Origin: Candidatus Omnitrophota bacterium
GTDB taxonomy: Bacteria > Omnitrophota > Gorgyraeia > JAHJTE01
DNA length: 64,000 bases
Reading direction: 5' to 3'
Assembly: GCA_040753675.1 (NCBI GenBank)
Contig: JBFMEB010000008.1
Location: 6,736 to 70,735, forward strand
Shown here: piece after piece, positions 36,001 through 48,000 of the stretch
How positions within the stretch are numbered: position 1 is the stretch's first letter
How the letters are laid out: each line of letters starts with the position of its first letter
The notes under the pieces: model-generated
What the model was told of the DNA's origin: nothing
The model's input: only the letters and a program-made list of their open reading frames with translations
Databases searched by the model: none
Made by a program: the position numbers and the translations under genes

Positions 36001-39000
36001 AATTTTAGAGCAAGCAGGTGTAAGAGATAATTATACCAGCCAACAGATTCATCAGAGAGTTGAAGCATTTATTGCTATGAATTTTGGCGCAAGCAGAATA
36101 AGTCCGGACTTAAGCCGAACCGCTTTTGAAGCAATCACCTGGGATGTTTTAACCAGAGGGCCGCCTGTTTTAAGCTTACAATCTCTATTCATCGCAAAAT
36201 TAGAAGAAAGGGGAAGTTTATCTAAGGAAGATGCGCAAATTTTAGTAGAAGATTTAAGCATAATTGATGAATTACTTGAGTCTGGCTATGCAGGTGTAGT
36301 TTTTGAAAATGATAAATATGTAGACTTCGGCATTAAGCATATAAAGCTTGCAGAATCAGATGTTGCAAGATTCCCGCAAAATTCTGGCTCTTATCTAATT
36401 AGTTCAATAAACAATATTGAGGAAGGCACAGGAATATTTAAGGCCTATATTGGTAACGAAGCAATTCCAGCAATAAGGGATATTGCCGGATTAGATAAAA
36501 ATTTCAATTTAAATAGAGGGGAGAGGCTATATCTGATAGGAAAAGTTGGGCTTCCTTTATTTATCGCTATTGGCTTAGAGCGAAATATCCAGGATGAAAT
36601 ATTATATTTAAGTCCTTATGCAAAAAGAACCCATAGTTTAGTGTTTGAAATATTAAATACTATCTCCAAGTCTTCGCCAATACAACACTATATCAATCGT
36701 CCTTATGAGAGGTATGTCGAAGCCGGGCTTATGGATAACGAAGAGCAGAGCACAACTTGGTCGCGCACCTCATCTTGGGCAGAGCAAATGGCAGAGTTTG
36801 ACCCAACTAAATGCGTGAACTGCCAGCATTGCGTTACGCGTTGTCCAGATTCAGCTTTCAAATTAGAAATCAGAGATGGACGCGTCTATATTCTTGGGAT
36901 TGATGAAGACCATTGCAAGGGTTGCTCAATATGCGTGGGCGCCTGTCAAGACCAAGGTCACAACGCTATCAGAATGAGAGATAAAACTAACCAAGAACCG
37001 CTATCTTTATTAAGCAGACCAAAACTTTGGAAAATAAAGATTAATGAGCCTGAATCTGGCGCAATTTATGGATTCATTGCCAAAACAATAGGAGAAGATT
37101 CACAAATTATTGGTAACTTAGAGATAAATAAGGTCTATGCAGATGAGAAGATTTCTCAATTTGAAATTGGGCCTAAAGGCCTATCAACTCAATTTAGGCA
37201 TGGAGTTTATACCTTTATCAGGAGAGGAAATGAAATAGAGTTAATCATCCGGCCGAAAGAAATAATTCTAATTTATGGAACATCAGCTAAAGAATTAGAT
37301 ATGATTAGGCCATTACAAGAGATGGGCTATTCTGTGCAGGTTTCACCTTATTTGTGGCAGGAGTACGGACAGTTTATTCACCCCTTATTAATTGAAAGGG
37401 AAGTTTTTGATTGGTTAAGAAAAGAGCTGGAGTTGGCGCAGATAAGCCCACAAGATGAAGTTAGCTATTCTAAAGTAAGAGGTGAAGCGAAGAGAGTGAG
37501 GCAGGATTTGAAAGATAAGGGCATAAATTCACATTTTGATTATGTGTTAACGCGCGAGAGAGAAAATGTGCATATGAGTGTTAATCGTCTGTTCTTCTAT
37601 ATTAGTGGCTTTCCTGTTATTTCTCCAGATGCAACTGCAACAAGTCGAAAGACTGATATTGATAATTTTCTGGATTCTTTATTTGAAGACACAAAACAGA
37701 CTGAACAAGAGATACTGGGCTCTTTCCAGGAACAACTTGCACCTTATATGGATTCATTTGGCGGCGGTCATGGTTTGTGCCGAGGCTGCGATGCTGGAAT
37801 TGTAGCTCGGAATGTTTTTGCTGTGGCTATACATACTGCAAGAAAACAAGGTAAATCTGTGCGTTTAATTATTGCCGGAGCCACTGGCTGTCTTGAGGTT
37901 GCTACTACTGCCCAGCAGACATCATATTTTCCCAGAAGCGCAGCTGGATACAGAGTTAAGGGTGCTTATTTCCACAGTTGCTTTGGCAACTTAGGTGCAA
38001 CATTGACTGGTATATACCGGGCAATTAAAATACGCAGACGAAAAGGCGAGATTCCAGAAGATGAAATAGTAATTATCATTGGTCTTGCTGGTGACGGAGG
38101 CACTGCTGATATTGGCATTCAGGCTTTGTCAGGCGCTTGGGAAAGGAGAGAAAATATTATTTACCTTGAATATAATAATGAAGCTTATATGAATACTGGA
38201 ATTCAAGGCTCAGGTCAAACTTCTTACTTGGGTCGCACTACTACAACTGAAGAGGGAAAACGTCAGTGGCCAAAGAATGTGCCGGCAATACTATGGGCGC
38301 ATCATCGGGTTGGTTCAAATACCTATATTGCGGCTGGCGCAACCAGTCAGATGCACGATTTGCATCAAAAGTTCAGAAAGGCAATTGAGCATTATTTATC
38401 TGGCAAAGGTCCGTCATTTATTGAGGTGTTTGCTTCTTGCGTGCCAGGTCATCGTATACAGCCCGAAGAGGCAAATAAAATAAAAGATATGGAATTGGCT
38501 ACTGGTGCAGTGGTAGCCTGCGAATATGTAGATGGCCTGATTAGGATAGCTCCATTTACGCCTGAGAGAAGCAGCCGCTTACCAATAAATGAATCCTTAA
38601 TCTTACAGGGAAGATTGCGTCCGGCGTTAACCCGACCAGACCTTGTGGCAGAGCTCCAACACACAGTAGATTTATATCTTGATTTTTATCATCGCCAACA
38701 CAGGCAAACCTTCCGTACCGACGGTATATTACGTGCACTTTTTGATCTCTGGCAAGAGCAAAAAAATAATCTTGCACTTTTCCAAGAGGCAACTACTGAG
38801 GATTTACAGCAGGATTTATTTGCCGATATTAGAGAAGCCCAGCGCGAACTTTTAGGCAATATACGTAAACTTATTAGTCAAAGTCGAACCCTGGAGGAAA
38901 TAGAAGGAGAACTTCCAGTTAGTCTTGATTATACCAGGTTAGTTAGTGATGAAGAATTAAAGGCTGCATACAGAAAACATGCCTTGAAATTTGAAAAAAT

Positions 39001-42000
39001 CGTAGAGATAGCAATTAAAGGTCAAGAAGAATTAGATAGATTAAGGAAAGAAGCTCTGGCAAAGTCCGATGCAAAGGAGCAAACTAAAGTAGAGGCGCCT
39101 AAAATCGAAGCTTCAATAGTTAGTCCGGAAGTTCAGAGTCGCAATCGCCATAGAATTGGCAGTAGAGTTCTTTGCGGTGTATGGTATTCCAGAGGCGGCA
39201 AAGGTGCAGTCAGCGCTAACAGCGTGTTAGTTAAATTCTTATATTCTGTTCTTGGTCTTTATCCGCAGGGCTTTCCAAAATTTGGTCCAGAGCGTCAAGG
39301 TGCTCCGATTGAGGCTTTTGCAACTTTTAGCGGTGCAGAGATTTTACCAGTAGGCGAACCTGAAGTTAAAGAGATGGGTCTGGTATTAGACTTAGCTGCC
39401 TGGCCAGAGTTTTATAAGAATTTAGGACCTGAGGCAGTAATGGTAGTGAATACTAACCTTTCGCCAGAAGAATTAAGAAAATCAAAAGGCATAAAAGGTG
39501 GAAAGATTTATACTGTGAATGCAGCGAGTCTTGCTCAGGAGCATGTGGGAAGCCGCGGCCATCCGAATATGGTGGTATTGGGTACGGTGCTACGAGCTTT
39601 GAAATATTATGGATTAGAGTTTGATATAGACACACAAAGCTTACGAAATCAGATAAGAATCTGGCTGGGTGAGTCTTTAGCCGCAGCCCTGGTAGATAAG
39701 AATATGCAAGGGTTAATTGTCGGATATAAACAGACGAGAGAGGAAAAAAGTTCGCCTTCTGCTCTACCAGAAAGATTTGAAGAAGGTTTTCAAGATATCC
39801 CGCCTCGCGGCAAAATAATGACTGGTTGCGGAGCAGCGGTACAGGTTATTAAACGCACTTCAGAATTAATACCAACGATGTTCTCGGGCTATCCCATTAC
39901 ACCGAATACACATATCCCAGAATGGGTCAATGGATTACTTGCTGCCGGAGAGATTGATATTGAATACGTGCGCGCTGATTCTGAACATTCTGCTATAAGT
40001 GCAGGATTATCAGGGGTTTTGACCGGCGCTTTCGCCTTTGATGCCTCAAGCTCTGTCGGTATTACTTATAAAGGGGATGTCCTACCTGCACTTGATGATT
40101 TACGCACGCAAGGGTTCTTAATGTTTGCAGGCAACCGTGAGGTAAACGCTAATCTTAATATCCACCGCGGTCATTCAGATACGATGCTTATTCGCGATAC
40201 AGGTTTTATTCAAATTTATGCAGCGACTCAACAAGAGGTTTATGATTTAGGCATGATTGGGGTTTTGACTTCATTAGTTGCCTCCTTCCCGGTGATAGTT
40301 GCAATGGACGGTTTTTATCTTACTCATACAACAAATTTAGTTGAGCTCTTAAGAGAAGAGGAGTCAGAGCGATTGTTCCGGCAGGTCGCCATAAGATATT
40401 TAAGTCCTATATTCAGCGCTGAAGAATTAGATGGTAAATCAACAATTGAATTATTAAGAATGATGCGTAATCGGCCTACTCTTTATTCGTCCGGGTTTAC
40501 TTTTGGCGGTATAGACTTACCCCATGTATTTAGCGAACACAATTACCAGACCACATTTGAAGCAAGCCGAATTGCCACAAAAGAGGCATTTAAGATGGTG
40601 GCACAAATATTCGCTGATGTTTCTGGCAGGCGCTATAGTTTCTTCGATACTTACAAAATTGAGGATGCAGATACAGTTATTTCAGTCTTAGGCTCAACTG
40701 CCCGAACAGCAAAACAAGCAATTAATGAGCTAAGGAGAGAAGGATTAAGAGTCGGCCTAGTTAGCCCAACTGTATATCGGCCTTGGCAGGAGCAAGATGT
40801 GATAAAAGCTCTAAAAGGGGCAAAGTCTGTGGTTAGCGTTGATATCTTTAATGCGCCAGGCATAACTTATTCGCCTTTAGCTGCTGATATTGCTATCGCC
40901 TTATATTGGCAAAGGATTAATTTACCTTTGATTGACAGGATTATGGGATTAGGCGGCAGGGACATACGGGTAAGTGAATTAAAGTATATTTTGAAAAATG
41001 CTATTATCTTAGAGGCAGCTAATTTTGCAAAAGAAGAAGACGCGAGATTTATTCAGTCATTACTTGAAGAAGAAGAATTTGCATCTATTTTCGAGTGCTT
41101 AGTTGAGATTGAGATATCCAAGTTAGCCTGGCATGCTGGCTATACGGTTGTTGATGAACAACAAAAGAGAGAAAGAAGACAAGAGTTCGCTTCCAATCTT
41201 AGAGAATTATTATTAACACGTAATTATCCATTATTTTTAGGTGTTAAAGAATATACCCAGGTAAGGAGAGAGAGCCGAGAATTAGAATTAAGAGAGAGAT
41301 TAGCTCGTTTGATAGAAATTAGAATTAGCCGCCAAAGATTAATTCAAAGAGAAAAACTCTCAACTGAAGAATTAAGCTATAGCAGAAAAGTTTTGTTACA
41401 TCTGTCAACTAAAGAGCAAGACAAGACATCGGCAGAAACATTATTATTAAGTTTTGCATTATTTGCGCTATTCTTTACCAACATAGATATCCAGCCCCTA
41501 TTGAAAGTGCTCTTTGATTTAGGTTCATTAGCCTTTGTCTTAGGCATGGTATTTAGAAGCAAGAAAAGCCAATACACATTTCATCCTGACAAAAAAATAA
41601 ATGCAAGCATAGCTGCAGTTTATGAAGTGGCCAGAAAACTTGAAGAGAGAAGCATACGACCGACTTGGGAAAATATAGAACAAGCAATGAGACAGGGCTG
41701 CCAATCTTTGGAGCATTGGTATATAGCAAAGTCATATGTATTCCGTGGACAGATTTTTGACGAAAGACTAGGAGAGCTTAGATCTAATTTGGAAGTCAGC
41801 GACGAATATGGAAATTCGCAAAACCTAACTAATATAGAACCAGGTTCTCTAAGAGGGTTTGCTGCAGTTAATCTAATCTTAGAGAAACGTCTTGCAGGAA
41901 TGGGTGATTTGGCCTTTATGGTAAATACTGCACAGGCGCTAAAGAGATTATATCCTTCAAAGACAATTCGCGTACTCTTTCATACTCGTGATGATTTTAT

Positions 42001-45000
42001 AGTTTTTTCCAGCTTAGAGTTTGTTCAGGGCTTAAGGGTAGATGAAAAGACGCAGGAAATAGAGGGCATAGTTTATATCGATGCTTCAGAAAATCCGCAA
42101 GGGATAGAAGAAGCAGTTATTGGGCCAGATGATTTAGCAGTTATTTATGCTGTTTATCCAGATGAATTCTACGAAGGTCAACTTCTTAATGCAAATGCAG
42201 TTTCTTCCGGAAACTTTACAATTATAAATCCTCTAAATGATGCCTCATCGTTCAGACCAGAATTTTCAGGAAGTAATGCTGCTGCCAGAATTAATATTCA
42301 TGAATTAGGACGAGATGTGTCTTTGATTAGCTCAAATACAACATCAGATTATGCCATTGGCTTAAGTGATGATAAATTAGGTCCGACGCCTGTGAGCAGA
42401 GATTTTATCAGAAAATTAGATGCTTTGAGGGATAATAACATATACCTTGAAAGATTGAACGTTCTTAGAAACATTCGTGGCAGTGTTGTCTTGGATGTTG
42501 ATAAGTTATCTAGGGCAAATTGGGGTTTTGTTTATGCTCATAGAGAACACAGTATGGATGAGTATTTTGCAGCTTTTAAACAGGCACGTCAGGATTTGCA
42601 ATTTGCTAAAAAGGAAGTTCTTATATTTATGGTCTGCGGCCTTGGAGATGCATGCGTACGCCAGAGGGTTATAAAGATTGGTACAGAAGAAGGGTTTAAT
42701 GTTTATTTCTATGAGAATGAACAGACACCTATAAGAGCTTTAGTCGAAACAGATAGTCCCGTGACTATCATTATCAATTGCGGCTTAACCCGCCCACGAT
42801 TTAACGAGCTCTTCTTATTAAGCGATAATTTGCCTGCTTTAATTACTGGCCAGGATAATTTAAGCAATATGCTTTACCTTAATAGCCATACCAGCGGAAG
42901 GGCTTTTGTCTGGGAGATTTTAGGATTTCAGGAATTGGCGTTAAGAGAGTTTCTTAAGGCAAGCCGCCAGGCTCTACCCGAAAAAGATGCAGAGTTTATA
43001 GATAGAACTTTACATATTAATAATCAGTTCTCTTCAGAGGCCCGAGATGCTCTTACGCACTTGTTTATTCATCACGATGAATATCGCAGCCTATATCGCA
43101 GATTAAGTTTAGGCATATTAGATAGGTTTAATTTTGAGAAAAGAATATCTTCAGCCATAACCGCAGCGGCCAACAGCAATTCAAATAACAGAGTAAATAG
43201 AGGTACCAAAACCTATTTTGGGCCAGAAGGGCTAAAGATTGAGCCGCTCAGCGATGAAAACAAAGGCAATCTACTCCTTGGCAAAGAAGAGTCAGAAGCT
43301 TGGTGGATATTAAATGAAAGAGTAAGCAAGGCAGCAGTATTAGACGGCAAAGTCGTTGGTTCTTATATCGTAAAGATTGAGTTAGATGAACAGACTTATG
43401 AAGCGTTCTTAGGTAGAGGCAGGGTAAACGTGGACGAACAATTGCGTAGAAAAGGCGTTGGCAGGGCATTGCTTTTTGCATCCATTAAAGAGGCAATCGA
43501 TCGCAGAATATCTACCTGTCGGCTTTATATTGAGGAAGATAATGAGAGGATGTTGAATTTAGCTTTCCAGATTGGATTTGTTAAGGAAGGCCCTTTAGAA
43601 AAATACGGTCAAAAATATTTGATAGTTAGAGCAGATTCGCAGGATGTTTACAGAAATATACTTCTTGGCTTTATTGATTACTTAGAAACGCAAAATGTTG
43701 GCAAGATTACCGTAGAAAGAGAAGGAGAGATACCAGAACAAATCAGCTTGGATGAGGCAAAGAATAGATTAAATGCTGGTACCTTAGAATTTAATATCTC
43801 AAAACACACCTGGTTTGGAAAGAAATCGGTTAGCTTACCTGAACAATCAAGGGTAGATACAACTCTTACTAGAGTCTTGGATGTAAAATTTGCAACTCGG
43901 ACCCTTAAAAAACGCGTAGATGAGATCAAATTTTTAATCCATGATTTGCGCTATAGAAGGTTTATTCTAAAGGTTATTGCAATACATAGCCAACTAATTG
44001 GCATTATAGAGAATCACTCAGATTTTGTAAGCACATTGAAAGAGGAAAATGAAAGCGTAGCTAAGTTAAGGTTATTATATGAGAATAGCGTAAGGGGTAG
44101 AGAATCAGACGATAAGATTATGAAAAAAGGACTTGCCTTTATAATAGCTTTAGAAAAGCTATGCTCTAAGTTAGAAGGTTCAAAGTTCAATGATTTTGAA
44201 AAGATATCAGCAATTTTACCTTCCCATTCTACTTTACTAGATGAAAAAGAAGATTTTCAGAATTGTTTAAAATGGTTAAGTTCGGTAAGAAAACGCATAG
44301 AGCACTTTAGGCATTATTTTAAAGCAGGAGACATTATTGAAGAATTTGATGTAGGTGAAATTATTTCTGATTATGTCGAGCGTGTTTTAAAAACTTATGT
44401 GGTTCAGACAAGCAAAAGTGTAGATATAAGATTGCGTAGCGTCTATCGTGGGAGCATAAAAGGAAGCATCTCGCGATTCAGAAGGATGTTTTTTAATCTG
44501 GTGATGAACGCCGTAGATGCTATGGCAGGCGGACAATACGGTTTGGTTATTATTGATGTAGAGGCTACCGAGTCAATAATATATTTAAAGGTTTCTGATA
44601 GTGGCAAGGGGATGTCTAAGGAAAGAATAGACTATCTCCTTATGCCGAGGAATAATTTGGATGGCGAATTACACTCTTTAGGTTTTGAATTTGTAAAACA
44701 GACAGTTGCTGATTTAGGAGGGTGGGTAGCAATTGATAGCAAATTAGGTAGAGGTACGATTGTTATCGTTAGCCTACCTCGGCTAAGTAAAATAGGCCGG
44801 ACCGGGAAGATAAGAGGTTCAGAAGAGGAAACAACAACTCGCGAGGGCCCCATACTTAGAGAAGATAGCATTAGAGCACCAATAAAAGTTAAGAGGCAGG
44901 AATATGGAAGGATTATAGAGAGTGATTTTGATAGCACAATAAGACATAAATATCCTGGTAGTATTTTCTCAATTAGTCTTGACCACAAAGGCGAAGTCGA

Positions 45001-48000
45001 CTTTTTTGCACATAGGCCTTATCAGGATGATGAAAAGATAATGCATAGTTATCTAGTTGACGGCATAATGATTAGCAATAGTGCACTATTTAGAGGAAGG
45101 TTTGAGGATTTGCCTGGGTATGAAAAAGTTTTAAAGTTAGCTTTTCCGCTTGGATGGAGAGAGTATTTAGAGGAAAAGAAACTTTGGCAACTAATGAAAG
45201 ATAATCCACAAGAAACGAATATAGCTATTGTCAAAAGAATGGAGCATAACGATGCTGTTTTGATTGCTCGTATCTTAATTGATACAGGAATGAATCCAGG
45301 TACATTAGTTACTTTTGAATTACAAGATTTGAGAACGTGTTTCGAAGTTTTTGACCAAGGTTTTTCTTCAGACCCATTTACTTTGAAAGAATTAGCAGAA
45401 AAAGAACTTTTAGAAGTAAAATTAGCTCTTCAAGACCGCTCTAGCCAGGGGTTAGACGATGAAACCATTGACCGCGAAATCAAACGTTTCGGCGGCATTG
45501 AAAAAATTCTTAAAAAAGGCAGAGTATTAAAATACGATGGTAACATCATCAGATCTCTTAAAGAGCAGCAAGGAGATAGGCTTGTCCAAATTATTATTAA
45601 GGGCATTGATAAAGCAGCATTAAATTTGCGCTTTGAGGGCTATCTGGAATTCCTTAATTTAATACAAAGTCGCGGTATTCATTTTGCGCGAGCTCCGGAT
45701 GGCTGGTCAATTGGAGCAGCCATTGGTTTACTATATGGCTGGCAACCTGTAATTATCCTTCCACAGAAAGTCACGCCAAAAATTATTGCCCACGAAATTC
45801 AAGCTGTCCTTATTCCTGATCTCACTCATGAAGAAAACCTGTTTATCGACGCAACGTTATCAAAAAATCCTCCGGCATTGTCGTATGATTTATACCAACG
45901 CATCAAGCAAGGGCTTCGTGGAGAATTTATCCGTTCCAAAGTTCTTGATCGAAGCGCTTCAGATAGTGCGACAAATATTGCTGACCTTGGCAAGGCACTT
46001 TCTTATTTAATAGGCACAAAGATTCCCGGCTTTAGGGATGACGATTTTGGCCAGATGGCAAGAGATTTTGTGGCAGAAAGAGTTTCATTAGATACGGCTA
46101 AAGAATGGGATGAACGAGGTTCTTATAAAGATGATGCTGGCAATGTTGTTGTTCCGGATGGTTTTAGAGCTGTCTTACTTGAGTTGTCAGAATTAGGATA
46201 TTTTTCTATGAACGTTCCGGATGAATATAGACCGGAAGAATTCAAAGGCCTGGTGATAGATTCTTTTGATTTGTATCGCGTTATAGTCGAGCTCTCGAAG
46301 GGTTGTCCTGCTCTGGCAGTAACCCTTGCTGTGCATTTTACAACAGTTTATGCTATTGCTAATTTTGGCACAGAAGAGCAGAAAAAACTATATCTACCAA
46401 AATTAGCAAGAGGATTAGCTGAAGGGGGGGTGGTTGGAGCAATCGCTGCGACTGAGCCGGATGCTGGGTCTGATGTCGGTAATATAGCATTGAAAGCGCA
46501 TGAAGATGGCGAATTTTTTGTTTTAGAAGGCAATGTTAATAAGATATTTATTTCTACTGCTGGCTTAGCCGATATTTATATAGTTCTTGCTGTTACTGGA
46601 ACTATAAAACAAGAAGGCAAAAAAGACAAAAAAGAAATTACTGCTTTTCTGGTTGAGCCAAGTATGAAAGGATTTGAGATTGGTAAAGTAGAACATAAGT
46701 TAGGCCAGAGGGCATCTCCGACAGCTGTATTGTCTTTTACTGATGTAAGAGTGCTAAAAGAAAATATGGTAGGTACACGCGGCAAAGGCTTGAATGTTTT
46801 TCTGGGAATGATGGACCCTGGCAGAATCGGTATTGCCGCGGTTGCCTCTGGTATTATTGAGGCGGCTTTTAGAGACGCAAAAGAATATGCAGCACAAAGA
46901 AGACAATTTAAAAAACTAATAGAGGAATTTCCAGCTATCCGTGATATGTTAGCAGAGGCAGAACTTGCTGAAATTTGTAGCAAGCTTTTGCTTTACTGGG
47001 CTGCTTATTTAAAAGATTTGCAAGTAGATAGGAATTTGTTGATTTTGGCTGCTTCCAGCGCCAAACTCTTTAATTCAGAAAAAGCTTGCAAAGTTAGTGA
47101 TGCAGATATTCAAATCCATGGCGGTTATGGATATATGAAGGAGTATCCTGCTGAAAGATTATTGCGCGATGCACGGGTAACCAGACTATATGAAGGAACT
47201 TCACAGATTCAACGCGTGGTAATTACCCGCACATTAATAGAGCTCGTTAGTAAAACTGAGAGTGCTTCATTTGTGGATATGATGGACGAGTTTACTAAAG
47301 CAATAGATGAATTCTTCAAAGGAATTCATTTTGAGAAAGATTCTCAGTATGATGTTTATTTAAGCTTAGTTTATCGAAGGCTTAAAGCAAGCGAGCAATC
47401 TTTATTATTAGAACTAAGGTCTTTAAAAGAAAATCCCAAGAAGGGCTGGTATGAAGAGACAATCAGCAACATATTTATTTATCTTACTATTACGAGGTTA
47501 ATGCTATTTGTAAGTTTATCGCTTAAGAACGAGATTAAAACTAACTCAGGTAGAGTGGGTGAAGGTCAGTTACAGAAATTCATAAGGTACGCCAAATTAG
47601 CGCAATGGCACCTTGAAAAGGCAATTGCTTCGCATAACCACCAACATGCAAAAGTTAATATTATAGAAGATACTGTACTTGGGATTTTTGCCACAGATAC
47701 AGTTGCCACAGATACTGTTAGCAACCTTGTCAATTCTGATTCTAATATTGCTAATTGGTTAGTAGGGGGAATCTATGCTTTATTCGTCGTTATAGCTATT
47801 ATGTGGTGTATTGCAAGAAAGATTAAGTTAAATATGCAACGCAAAGAAACCGTCACAGTTAAGCCAGCAACAGAAAATGGCGTACAGGCAAAATTCGAAA
47901 GGTTTTATAGAGGGCTTGAGAAAGGCAGAATAACTTCTGATGAAATTAAAGCAAAACTTAGGGCCCTTGATATTAGTCAAAGAGATTTAGAAAATTTATT

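Noticed and set aside
39721-39910. Apparent frame shift and in-frame TAA at the PorC#2/PorA#2 junction
   Set aside because: This arose from my own mis-copying of line 39781 during a re-check. Reading the line as given ('agaaggtttt caagatatcc ... caaaataatg actggttgcg') keeps frame 2 open with ATG at 39818. Recorded here as a caution that the no-stop claim should be confirmed computationally.
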